The notes under the pieces were generated by a model. It did not search any database and was not told where the DNA came from. It saw nothing but the letters and a program-made list of their open reading frames with translations. A stretch of 64,000 bases of DNA from a virus (taxonomy: Duplodnaviria > Caudoviricetes), in IMG/VR virus record IMGVR_UViG_3300028887_000067, positions 128,001-192,000 of that record; one strand, given 5' to 3'. Shown here in pieces: positions 1 to 9,349 of this stretch. Position 1 is the stretch's first letter. Each line of letters begins with the position of its first letter. The position numbers and the translations under genes are program-made.

Positions 1-1
1 T

Positions 2-3000
2 ATCGTCGGTTTTGCCTCGAAGGGTGAACTGAACAAGATCATCCAGGTGAACTCGACGGCCGAACAGGACGCGAAGCTGGGTTACGGCTATCAGAGTTAC
101 AAGTACAACCAGGGTATGTACGCTGCCCGTGCTGTGCTCGACGCCGGTGGCGTTGTCGAGTTCGTGCGTCCATACGGCGAGGAAATCGACCGTACTGACC
201 CGCGCAAGCGCGACTTGAAGACGGACGCCTTCGTGGTGACGTTCGACAAGAATGCCGGCCAGAAAGTCGAGGGCGGTGCGTATGAAAACGAGGCTAACCA
301 GAACTCGTTCAGAATCGAACACTTCGCTTCGACCCGCTACAAGACCGACGGGGCGTCTTCGTATGGCTTGACCCGCAAGATCAACAATATTTCCGAAGCT
401 ATCGTTTCCGGAAACAACGTTGACTTTGGTCTCACGGCGTCCGAAGATTTCGCTGACAGCCCCAAGGCTCGTAAGTGGGACGGCTCTCATTGCACCGACA
501 TGGTGCTCTTCTCGATTCTGAATCGCGATCCGAGCTATGCTTACCGCGCTTATGACCGCTTTGAAGTTGTCGGTACCAAGTACACCGACAGCACTACGGT
601 ACAGGCTACGCTTTCCTCTAACCCGACCTTCGTGATTGGTGACGAAGTTCTCCTTCCTGCTACGGGCGGTAGAAACAGCACCGTCGACCTGAAGGCCGAA
701 GTGGTTGACATTGTCAACGAGCGCGACATCACTTTGAAAATTCAAGTGGATGGGGCAAGCAATCCCCCGGCTCCGCAGTATTTCTCCGCTGTTATCTTCT
801 CTCCGGACCAGGCGACTGCCATTGAAGATGGTTTTGACTATATGAACATCAAGACCGCTGTTGCTGGTCAGGGTGTCAAGAAGTTTGACGCAATTCAGTG
901 GGGCGTAACCGGTGGAAGCCTTGTCGCTTTTGATCTGGGCTTGATTAAGACCGGAACCGCATTTACTTTCAAGAACAAGAACGGAAACGATATTGACATC
1001 CGTCTGTGGAAGGCCTCTCAGGTAACCGCAACCGTTACGGTGGATGGCGATAACCTGAAAATTGCCGCTACTGGTGCCGAATTTGTCGAAGGCGATGTGC
1101 TGTCCTTAGGTTACAACGACGTTATGTATACCGACCTGTTCGTAAAGGCGATTGACGAAGGCGTAGCCGTTGTTGACAAGCCTCGCGAATTTAGTGTCGG
1201 AACCGGCACCGCCAAGGTGACCATTTCGGAGTGCTCCGAGGCTACGTTCTATGCCGATGTAACGAACGCTGCTTGCTGGAAGGACGTGGCCGACGCAGTT
1301 GTCAAGGTTCTGAACAGTTCCTCGATTGGTTTCGCAAAAACCGCTGTTGTCAATGACATCAATGTTGCTGAAGGCGATGTGTTTATTGTTGACCCGAGTG
1401 CCGCATTTGACTATGCCATCGGTGACAAGGTGATCGCCGTTCTTGGTAGTGATGACGAAGCGACCGTGAACGACGCCATACTCTCCGCCAAGTTGGAAGT
1501 AACCGACGTCAATACATTCAATGGTACGATTAAGGTTAATGTAGCGCACAATGTGACCATTCCGGAAGGCGTGAGGGTGCAACTCCTTAACTTGTCGACG
1601 ACTTCCGCCGTTGCATACAACGCGGTTGTATCGGCAATGGATGTTGAACGCGGTACTACTGTTACCAAGACTGTAACGATTGAAGCAGGCCAGACTAGCG
1701 CAACCACCACACTTAGCGCAACCGCTGGTTATACGCGGTATGCTTTGGTGACTTCTCCAGACACGGCAACCGCTACTTGGAATGGAACTGATATGTTGAC
1801 GGTTTCGATTGCCGAAGCTGCTGGAAGTGATACGGTGGTTACCGTTACCGCAACCCCTGAACGTGATGTCGTTCGTGATATGGTTACTACGTATATCGTG
1901 TCGAGCTACACGATGTATGTCAACCCGACCGAACAGATCGAAAGCGTTGTTGTAGAGAACACCCCGAATGCGTTGGATGCCTTCACTACACACAAGGCTC
2001 TTTGGAACATTGACGTGGAGAAGTCCAAGAAGGTCCTCGCCGACGGCGATATAGGTGCTACCTTCCTCGGGCTCGGCCTTGCCAAGACGAGCTACCTGGA
2101 CGTCGATTTTGACAACAACCCGCGCCAGGTCTATGTTCTGACCGACGAAGGTGTCAACATTGCACGTATGTACCTCTCGATTCGTTACCGCTTCAACGGA
2201 AAAGTCTACGAGTTTGACGGAACTATCATCCCGTACAGCACTTCTTCCCGTATCCAGCTCGGCATCAAGTATGCGGCTGATTATGAGCTCACCAACAGCG
2301 GGCTCGAGTTCGTGCTGAACGATTCTGGAGTCCTCGAGTACTTCCTCGAGAACAGCTCCTACGACCTGTCCCAGTCGCTCGTCGGCGGAACGCTGAACGG
2401 CTCCGTGACTTGCGTTGCCTACAACGAAAATGACCCGGCCATCAAGTATGACGCGGTTTGGTCCTACAACCCGCTCAACAACCGCTCCGGCAGCACTCTC
2501 TCCGCCGTGTGGAACCTCTTCCTCAATAAGGACGGTTCCGACGTGGATATGCTCGTCGCCGCCGGTATGGCCATCAATAATCCGTTCATGAACAAGATTG
2601 AGACGCTGAATACCCAGGTTATGCAGGCGATGTTGAATGTCTGCGAGGCCCGTAAGGACTGCTTCGCTCTCTTCGACGCCGTTTCCGAACCTGATATCGA
2701 AAAGGCTATCAAGAAGGATATGGATGCGGATGGATTTGTGTCTACCATTGGCCGTTGGGGATTCATCTACGACGGACGTGGCCTCGTCATGGATTCGGTG
2801 TACACGAACGGCGAAGCCGAAATCATGAAGTCCATCCAGCTTGCGTCCATCATTACCGGCAACCGCCAGTCCGGCGTTTACTGGCAACCGCCTAGCGGTT
2901 ACGACCAGGCGCCAGTTCCGTCCGCTTGGGGCACGAAGGAAAAGTACACCCGTACCTATAGCGCCGAGGACAAGAACTGCGACGTTGGCCGCCTGAACGA

Positions 3001-3430
3001 TATACACGTCAACGCTACCCGCGTGAACCGCGAGGGAATGATTATCTGGGGCGATTTTACCATGCAGATGGAAGATACCGCATTCAATCAGGCCCACGTG
3101 ACCATGCTCGTTGCCGGAATCCACAAGTCGTTCTATAAGTACCTCGACCACAAGGTGTTCCGCCTCAACACGACCAATCTCCGTGCCCAGATCACGTCCG
3201 ACCTGCAGGGTCGCCTGAACGTGATTAAGCGTGGCAACCCGCAGGGATTGGTCGATGGAAAGGTGATTTGTGATGATACCAACAACACTCCGGACATTGT
3301 CGAACAGAACTTCCTCATCGTCGATGTGAAGCTTTTGCCGACAAAGAGCGCCCGCTGGATCATCCTCCGTACCTCGGTCGAATCTACCCAGAACGGAAAC
3401 AAGATTTCCACCGAAATCATCATGGGTTAA
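2..3430 (+). CDS. Contractile tail sheath protein (T4 gp18-like), 5' truncated by the window, with large inserted beta-rich domains
   Basis: Frame is open from base 2 (IVGFASKGELNKII, a sheath N-terminal motif). C-terminal sheath motifs: RKDCFALFD, WQPPSG, IIWGDFT, VICDDTNNTPDIVEQN. Followed by a tube gene. Confidence 0.93.
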   Translation: MVGFASKGELNKIIQVNSTAEQDAKLGYGYQSYKYNQGMYAARAVLDAGGVVEFVRPYGEEIDRTDPRKRDLKTDAFVVTFDKNAGQKVEGGAYENEANQNSFRIEHFASTRYKTDGASSYGLTRKINNISEAIVSGNNVDFGLTASEDFADSPKARKWDGSHCTDMVLFSILNRDPSYAYRAYDRFEVVGTKYTDSTTVQATLSSNPTFVIGDEVLLPATGGRNSTVDLKAEVVDIVNERDITLKIQVDGASNPPAPQYFSAVIFSPDQATAIEDGFDYMNIKTAVAGQGVKKFDAIQWGVTGGSLVAFDLGLIKTGTAFTFKNKNGNDIDIRLWKASQVTATVTVDGDNLKIAATGAEFVEGDVLSLGYNDVMYTDLFVKAIDEGVAVVDKPREFSVGTGTAKVTISECSEATFYADVTNAACWKDVADAVVKVLNSSSIGFAKTAVVNDINVAEGDVFIVDPSAAFDYAIGDKVIAVLGSDDEATVNDAILSAKLEVTDVNTFNGTIKVNVAHNVTIPEGVRVQLLNLSTTSAVAYNAVVSAMDVERGTTVTKTVTIEAGQTSATTTLSATAGYTRYALVTSPDTATATWNGTDMLTVSIAEAAGSDTVVTVTATPERDVVRDMVTTYIVSSYTMYVNPTEQIESVVVENTPNALDAFTTHKALWNIDVEKSKKVLADGDIGATFLGLGLAKTSYLDVDFDNNPRQVYVLTDEGVNIARMYLSIRYRFNGKVYEFDGTIIPYSTSSRIQLGIKYAADYELTNSGLEFVLNDSGVLEYFLENSSYDLSQSLVGGTLNGSVTCVAYNENDPAIKYDAVWSYNPLNNRSGSTLSAVWNLFLNKDGSDVDMLVAAGMAINNPFMNKIETLNTQVMQAMLNVCEARKDCFALFDAVSEPDIEKAIKKDMDADGFVSTIGRWGFIYDGRGLVMDSVYTNGEAEIMKSIQLASIITGNRQSGVYWQPPSGYDQAPVPSAWGTKEKYTRTYSAEDKNCDVGRLNDIHVNATRVNREGMIIWGDFTMQMEDTAFNQAHVTMLVAGIHKSFYKYLDHKVFRLNTTNLRAQITSDLQGRLNVIKRGNPQGLVDGKVICDDTNNTPDIVEQNFLIVDVKLLPTKSARWIILRTSVESTQNGNKISTEIIMG

Positions 3431-3445
3431 TAAAGGAGGTTCATC

Positions 3446-4162
3446 ATGGCACTTAGTGAAGAACAAAAAAAGAAGGTCTTCTGGGCTGGCGCGATTGACC
3501 ACCTCGTTGACCCGGTGCGAAGCACCCGCTGGCGCATGGTCGTACCGACGGATATTTTCCATCTTGTCGGCGTGAACTGCACGAACGGCGTTCATTTCGG
3601 TAAGGAAGGCGGCGAGGACGAGTACGCCCTGCACGTGCAGGGTGGTGCCAAGATTCCGGCCGTGAAGATCAAGGATGCCGCGATTAAGTACATGGGTTTT
3701 GAGAAGTTCTTCCCTGTTCAGCAGGACGGACTCGCCGGAACCATGGACATCAAGGTGTTGCTCTTGGAAGACATGCGTGCGTTCGAGATGATGCTCGCCT
3801 GGAACCAGACTTGCTTCAACCAGGGTATCCTCTCCAATACCGGTACGAACGACGCCATCCACGAGTCCGACCGTACGGCGAACGAAGGCAACAACCACAT
3901 CAACCTGGGTCTCGGACAGCAGGAGAACCACAACAACACCTACGCGGGTCTGTTGCGCAACGCCTCCGTCCGTCTCGAGCTCTACGACTGGATGTACGGT
4001 AACGTCATCCTGAGCGTCCTGCTCGTGAACTGCTGGCCGAAGAACGTCGACGCGTCCAGCTTCGCCCTCGACTACGAGAACGCGAAGCTCGGTACCTTCA
4101 ACGTCCAGTTCCGTTACGACCGCTTCAACCTTTATATCCCGCCTGGATATAAGGTCATCTAG
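3446..4162 (+). CDS. Tail tube protein (gp19-like)
   Basis: Immediately after the sheath with a strong AAAGGAGG RBS. DPVRSTRW at the N-terminus and LVNCWPKNV..LDYE..F.VQFRYD at the C-terminus are typical of tube proteins. Confidence 0.88.
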   Translation: MALSEEQKKKVFWAGAIDHLVDPVRSTRWRMVVPTDIFHLVGVNCTNGVHFGKEGGEDEYALHVQGGAKIPAVKIKDAAIKYMGFEKFFPVQQDGLAGTMDIKVLLLEDMRAFEMMLAWNQTCFNQGILSNTGTNDAIHESDRTANEGNNHINLGLGQQENHNNTYAGLLRNASVRLELYDWMYGNVILSVLLVNCWPKNVDASSFALDYENAKLGTFNVQFRYDRFNLYIPPGYKVI

Positions 4163-4181
4163 CGGACTAGCAAGAACAATT

Positions 4182-4207
4182 AAAACGGCGCCTTCGGGTG
4201 CCGTTTT
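4182..4207 (+). terminator. Intrinsic terminator after the sheath-tube operon
   Basis: AAAACGGCGCC-TTCG-GGTGCCGTTTT. Confidence 0.85.
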
Positions 4208-4264
4208 TCGTGTTTTTGGAGAAATTTGCACTATAAACTGGTATTTACTATTCTTGAACTGACT

Positions 4265-4753
4265 ATGAAGTGCGAAGTACGCGATCCGGAAAACATCACG
4301 CCCGTGTCCAGCAAGGATATCGGGGCGATGCGCCGTTACGTGTCCAAGGCTATATCGATGACCGATTCCAAGGGACGGCACGACATCGCTACGCTGCTGG
4401 ACAACACGGCCTACTGCATGGGCGAGGGTTCCGTGATAATGCTGACGCTGATGTTCCAGGAGCGACTGAAGCTTGCCGTACTGGAATATCTGCTCAGGAA
4501 CGCGCAGCGCAACAAGTATATGGCCAGTATGAATATGAAGTATGGTATCGGCCTGATGGACAAGGGGGAACCCGCTGCCCGAAAGATGAACGTCGCCGAA
4601 CTGAAGCAGAAGATTAAGAGGGTGGAACGTTTCATCGAGTTCCTTGACCCGTCTCTGAAGAGGATTCTATCGTACCCGAAGGATGCTGACTACTTGATTT
4701 CCAAGTCGAAGCCCGGCAGGGAAATCGGCGAGATACTGTATATAAACAGCTAG
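4265..4753 (+). CDS. UvsY-like helical protein, paralog 1
   Basis: Start reassigned to ATG 4265, downstream of TATAAACTG. C-terminus ILSYPKDADYLI..GREIGEIL resembles the next gene. UvsY-like size and helical pattern, near gp47. Confidence 0.45.
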   Translation: MKCEVRDPENITPVSSKDIGAMRRYVSKAISMTDSKGRHDIATLLDNTAYCMGEGSVIMLTLMFQERLKLAVLEYLLRNAQRNKYMASMNMKYGIGLMDKGEPAARKMNVAELKQKIKRVERFIEFLDPSLKRILSYPKDADYLISKSKPGREIGEILYINS

Positions 4754-4764
4754 GAGTTTTTATT

Positions 4765-5259
4765 ATGGATTCTACGATTCCGGAAGAACTTGTCAATAAC
4801 AACGCGAATCAGCTCATCGATGACGAGGAGATCAAGAAACTCCGCGACTTCATGACGCAGACGTTGAAGAGTACTGACGATAAGGGAAAGCCGGACATGG
4901 AGCGCATTCGGGACAATTCCGCCTTCAATATGGGCGACAACGCTTTCGAGATTACCGGCCTCCTGTTCCAGGAAAGCATAAAGCTGGAGACTATGGAAGC
5001 CCAGTTGAGGGAGCTGATGGGGGTGAAGTACGATACGCTGATGAATACGAGGCTGGGATGGTCGCCGACCAACGAGGGAATCCGTATAATGCTCGAGGGC
5101 GACGAGGACGTGTCGAAGCTTATGCTTGAAGTGGCGAAGCAGAGGCTATATGTCAAGCTGCTGTCGACATCGCAGGAAATCATTCGTTTCTATCCGAAGA
5201 ACGCCCAGTGCCTGATTAATGTGGCATCGTACGGAAAGGAAATCGGCAAGATTCTGTAA
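4765..5259 (+). CDS. UvsY-like recombination mediator, paralog 2
   Basis: AGGAG RBS. GDEDVSKLMLEVAKQRLYVKLL..IIRFYPKN resembles the UvsY C-terminal helices. Confidence 0.5.
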   Translation: MDSTIPEELVNNNANQLIDDEEIKKLRDFMTQTLKSTDDKGKPDMERIRDNSAFNMGDNAFEITGLLFQESIKLETMEAQLRELMGVKYDTLMNTRLGWSPTNEGIRIMLEGDEDVSKLMLEVAKQRLYVKLLSTSQEIIRFYPKNAQCLINVASYGKEIGKIL

Positions 5260-5268
5260 GGTAAATGT

Positions 5269-5934
5269 ATGGAAACTGTATTAATCGGTATAGCCATAGA
5301 CATCGCGTTCGCAATAGTGGCGTACTTATGCAAGGATATGTTCACCAAGGTGAGGGCGTGGTGGCGTACCCAAGGGTCGACTAGCATCACAATCTCGACT
5401 TCGTGCGAACAGACACACAACGACGCCCCCAAGGCTGACCAAGGCGAACCCGTCGACGTAGAGAAGGTCGCCGAGGATGTGGCGGAGCGTTTCCTTGTCG
5501 AGGATGCGGCGAAGCGTTTCCTAATGAACAGGGTTCCTGGGCTGGCTACGAATATATTGAATAGTATTGCTAGAGCCTACGGGACATACGCAAGTTCCGT
5601 TTCCGACCAGCACGTGCTGAAACTGGGTAAACCCGGAGACATTGTCGGCGTCGTAAACAACCCGTGGGAAACTCCCCGGGGCATTCCTTTCGAAAATAAT
5701 ATGTGGTCTCAGGGTTGCTCGTTCGAGGTCGACTCGTCGAGGTCTGTACCGAATTCTGGGTTACCGTCTCTATCGTTCGAGTCTGGCGCGTTGGCATTGG
5801 ATACGCCGAATCGGATGGCCGAATACGTGCAAGCTACAATCAACAATAATCGACGCTGGGTGGCAGAGCGCAAGGCGGCAGAGCGGGCAAAAATGGGTAA
5901 ATTGATGCACAAGTGGAATGCAGTGTTGGAGTGA
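5269..5934 (+). CDS. Hypothetical protein with N-terminal membrane anchor
   Basis: 221-aa ORF in operon; hydrophobic N-terminus VLIGIAIDIAFAIVAYL. Confidence 0.7.
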   Translation: METVLIGIAIDIAFAIVAYLCKDMFTKVRAWWRTQGSTSITISTSCEQTHNDAPKADQGEPVDVEKVAEDVAERFLVEDAAKRFLMNRVPGLATNILNSIARAYGTYASSVSDQHVLKLGKPGDIVGVVNNPWETPRGIPFENNMWSQGCSFEVDSSRSVPNSGLPSLSFESGALALDTPNRMAEYVQATINNNRRWVAERKAAERAKMGKLMHKWNAVLE

Positions 5935-5936
5935 TT

Positions 5937-6635
5937 ATGGCCGATACAGTAGATCCGAATTCTTTTTTTAGCCTATCGAAGGTAGGCGTACAGCCGACCC
6001 AGAAACCGTCCGGAGATAATGTTTTCGGCGCTTTCGAGCATCATCTCAACCTTCCGAGCGGTTCGACGAAGGACGCTCTCGACAGTGCCAAGAGTCTGAT
6101 CGCGCAGTCTAATGCGCTCGTCCAGCAGAACCAGGAACTTGATTACAAGGAATCGAAGTTTGACGAGTTGGAAGCCGACGACATCAACGATGACCTGCTC
6201 CGTAAAGACCGCGCACGAATCCGCAAGGAGGCGCACGAGCTCTACGACCTTAACAAGAACCTCCTGATGAACCTCTACACCCGCCTCAACTCGCAGGTTG
6301 ACCCGAGCGACAAGATGTGGGCTGCGGTCGCGAGCATGATTTCCGCCCTCAGCAATTCGCTTACGGGCCTAAACAAGATGACGAAGGAGTTCCGCGAGGA
6401 AACGGAGCACGATACGGAGAAGCGCATTCTTGCCGGCGAAATTTCTGAAAATGATACACAGGAATACGATATGTCGCCGACCCAGGCCAACAAGCTTATC
6501 GACGCATGGACTGCGGAGAGCGAGGAGAAAATCCAGCAGGAACTTAAAGAAATGGCCGAGCGCAACGAGAAGACCCTGATCGAGAACCACATCAAAGAAA
6601 CCGAGCAGAAATTGCTCGAACAGGAAAAGAAATAA
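5937..6635 (+). CDS. Putative terminase small subunit (gp16-like) or coiled-coil protein
   Basis: Helical hairpin with DPSDKMWAAVASMISAL, loosely similar to the gp16 pRxyEV region. ATG 5937 follows GGAG. Confidence 0.35.
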   Translation: MADTVDPNSFFSLSKVGVQPTQKPSGDNVFGAFEHHLNLPSGSTKDALDSAKSLIAQSNALVQQNQELDYKESKFDELEADDINDDLLRKDRARIRKEAHELYDLNKNLLMNLYTRLNSQVDPSDKMWAAVASMISALSNSLTGLNKMTKEFREETEHDTEKRILAGEISENDTQEYDMSPTQANKLIDAWTAESEEKIQQELKEMAERNEKTLIENHIKETEQKLLEQEKK

Positions 6636-7750
6636 TGAAGATTGCAATAGTAGGAGACCTCCACCTTGGATTCACTTGCCGCAAGGGGCCGATTATGTCG
6701 GCCGTCGTCAAGGGGCAGTACGCTTATATCGACGCTATGATAGCTGAATGGAAGGCTCTCGGCGTGGAACGGGTCGTTTTCCTTGGCGACATTTTTACCA
6801 ACGAGGCTTTCATCACCACGGATGTTCTGGATTATGCTCTCAGGCTTTTCCGTGACAAGCTGGCCGACTTCAAGGTTCACATCATTGCGGGAAACCACGA
6901 TATGCGCTATGTCGACAGCGCCGACGTGTGCTCAATTAGTTTCCTCGGCGCGTTGCCCAATGTCAGCGTTTATGTGAACAGCGTCGGTGTCGAGAAGTTC
7001 GACGGCAAGACTTGGTATTTTGTTCCGTGGGTATTGCCGGCGAACATGGACAACGTATCCAAGTGGTTCGTCAAGATGTCGAGGGGCGACATATCGAATA
7101 GGGTTATTGTCGGCCATTTCGACATAGTAGGGGCCAATATGGGCGCCGGTAACGTCGCGAAGGTCGGGTTTGACCCGAAACGCCTGCTTAATGCCGCCGA
7201 GTGGACTTTCTCTGGGCATTACCATGTCCCGTCCGAGATAACCAGCGACGGGGACGACGGCAAGGTTTCCCGCCTGCTCTACACGGGTTCTCCCTATCAT
7301 ATGAGCTTCTCGCATATCGGAACTGACTGCGGTTATTACTTGATGGATGGCGATAAGCTGGAATTTCACGAGAACAAGGTATCGCCTAGATTTATTTCGG
7401 TCAAGGACACGGAACTCGACTCGTTACCGGATGACCTGTCTTCGTGCATAGTCAAGTTCTCCGCCGATTCCGCACAGTCTGCGGACGCGTTGTCCGACAT
7501 GAAGTTGCGCATTTCGTCCAAGAACCCGGTCTACATTGACCAGGCCTATTACGGCGAGGACGGCAATATCGTCGATACCACCGAGGAGGTGGACGAGGAA
7601 GAAGCGAGGCGCATAATGTCGGCTACGTCCGTCGAGATGGCCGAAATGTACATGGACAAGTATCCCGACATCTTGCCGAAGCTTAACGACGCCACGGCTG
7701 ACCCGAAGCAGAAAATCGTAAGCATGCTTACCGAATACGACGCTAAATAA
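6635..7750 (+). CDS. Mre11/SbcD-like metallophosphoesterase nuclease (T4 gp47-like)
   Basis: Motifs GDLHLG, FLGDIF, AGNHD, GHF, FSGHYH, YTGSPY. Confidence 0.92.
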   Translation: MKIAIVGDLHLGFTCRKGPIMSAVVKGQYAYIDAMIAEWKALGVERVVFLGDIFTNEAFITTDVLDYALRLFRDKLADFKVHIIAGNHDMRYVDSADVCSISFLGALPNVSVYVNSVGVEKFDGKTWYFVPWVLPANMDNVSKWFVKMSRGDISNRVIVGHFDIVGANMGAGNVAKVGFDPKRLLNAAEWTFSGHYHVPSEITSDGDDGKVSRLLYTGSPYHMSFSHIGTDCGYYLMDGDKLEFHENKVSPRFISVKDTELDSLPDDLSSCIVKFSADSAQSADALSDMKLRISSKNPVYIDQAYYGEDGNIVDTTEEVDEEEARRIMSATSVEMAEMYMDKYPDILPKLNDATADPKQKIVSMLTEYDAK

Positions 7751-7787
7751 TCATTTTGAACTAATTTGAGGTTAAAACCAATTGCAG

Positions 7788-9089
7788 ATGGATATGAAGC
7801 AACTGAATATTCAGAAACAGATCGATGAATTTGTCGCGACTGCGTTCACGGGGAAACTGTCGTTCAACGTCCTCCTGATTTCGGACGAGGATTCCCGTCT
7901 TTCGATTCTTCGTGGCTATAATGCCTTCAGCTATGTCAAGAAGGCTTTTTCTTCGCTGGGCGTCAGCATCAACATCACTTCGATGGGAAGTGCGGACTTC
8001 TGCCGTAACGATCCGGACATCACGAAATTCGACGTGGTCTGGATTGACAACGTCGAGAACGCGAAAATGACTTTCAATATCGCTGACAAGCTGGATGACT
8101 ATGCGTCTTCCCTCGTCGGCACCAATGTGTTCGAGCTTGACGAGGAAAACCAGGCGCTTGCCCGTAAGTTGCGTTCTCTTCATCTCCGTGTCATCTACGC
8201 GCTCGACGAGTTCGTCTGGAACGCGCCGGCTGGTCGTCAGAAGAAACTTGGAGAATGCCTCCTTATCGAGGACGCTTTGTACATGTCCGACATTATCGTC
8301 GTGCCTACCCGTGAGCTCCAGCAGCTCCTGTTTGACTGCCATTTGGTGGACAGCGACAAGGACGTGGTTTCCATCCCGTCGTTCGTGAGCGACTGGTTCT
8401 ATCCCGTCCACAAGATATTCAACCGCAGTTCCAACTACTCCACGTCCATCCGTACGCCGAAGATTCTCGTAAAGGGTGTCATCCTACCGAAAAACGTGCA
8501 GGAGTTCATCGTCCAGAACTACAAGGAATACAGCATCACCATCTGCAGCGTGGTTGACCTCCGTAAGGACATATACAAGCTTATTCAGGAAGGCAAGGTT
8601 TCTGTCCTCCAACACTGGGCGAGCCCGTTCCTCAAGAAGGAGAACCTCCTCGAGACTATGGCCTACGAGCGCGACTACGGCTTCGATTTCGTTATCAACA
8701 CGGTACCACCCGATATATCCGAAGACCCGTACGAAATCGCCAACCTCGATACCGACTGCATCATAGCCGTCGCCGAGGGCGCCGTGGCGATTGCCGGGGT
8801 GAAGGACGCCAAGTTCTCCCCTGAAAGCCACATCTGCGTTGCCTGCGGTCTAGTGTACGGGAGCGAGGATCCGGCGAGCAACATCCGCGCACTGGTCGAG
8901 CGCTACCGCCGTTCCATCGACTGGGACACCGCTTACCAGAAACAGCGTCTCCTGCTCAACCAGCGCCTTGTTAGCAGCCAGAGTGTCGTCGGTGGCTATT
9001 TCCATGCGATGCTCGGCCGTACCCTGTCCAACAAGTACGCCAACCAGCTTAGCCAGATGGTGGCCAAGCAGAAGGCGTCGGCGAAGTAG
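7788..9089 (+). CDS. Hypothetical protein, possibly a divergent GT-B glycosyltransferase fold
   Basis: RVIYALDEFVWNAP, SDIIVVPTRELQ and VVSIPSFV resemble phage GT4-like patterns (viydiDD..w, advvtvst..L, v.vipN). Confidence 0.45.
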   Translation: MDMKQLNIQKQIDEFVATAFTGKLSFNVLLISDEDSRLSILRGYNAFSYVKKAFSSLGVSINITSMGSADFCRNDPDITKFDVVWIDNVENAKMTFNIADKLDDYASSLVGTNVFELDEENQALARKLRSLHLRVIYALDEFVWNAPAGRQKKLGECLLIEDALYMSDIIVVPTRELQQLLFDCHLVDSDKDVVSIPSFVSDWFYPVHKIFNRSSNYSTSIRTPKILVKGVILPKNVQEFIVQNYKEYSITICSVVDLRKDIYKLIQEGKVSVLQHWASPFLKKENLLETMAYERDYGFDFVINTVPPDISEDPYEIANLDTDCIIAVAEGAVAIAGVKDAKFSPESHICVACGLVYGSEDPASNIRALVERYRRSIDWDTAYQKQRLLLNQRLVSSQSVVGGYFHAMLGRTLSNKYANQLSQMVAKQKASAK

Positions 9090-9090
9090 T

Positions 9091-9342
9091 ATGAAGTATT
9101 GGGTAGTTCGATACGACGTCAAGGGATTTGACGCGAATGCGGAACAGGGCTTGCACGACCTCGAAGTGCCGGCCCCTGCCATAATGAACGAAATTCCCTA
9201 TGACGAACCCGCGCTGGCGCAGGAGGAGTGCGACCGGCTCGGAGCTGTAGAACCGGGCGAGACCATCGAGCTCGACCTGAAGAACGGAAAACATTACAAG
9301 GGGCCCCGGTACATATACCGTATCGGAAACTCCGACAAGTGA
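9091..9342 (+). CDS. Small hypothetical protein
   Basis: ATG 9091 lies just after the upstream stop; the ORF fills the gap in the operon. Confidence 0.65.
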   Translation: MKYWVVRYDVKGFDANAEQGLHDLEVPAPAIMNEIPYDEPALAQEECDRLGAVEPGETIELDLKNGKHYKGPRYIYRIGNSDK

Positions 9343-9349
9343 GGCTGAC

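Noticed and set aside
1106-4381. 1091-aa antisense ORF, and many other long antisense ORFs
   Set aside because: These mirror strongly codon-biased sense genes (few TTA/CTA/TCA codons) and show no recognisable motifs or RBS.
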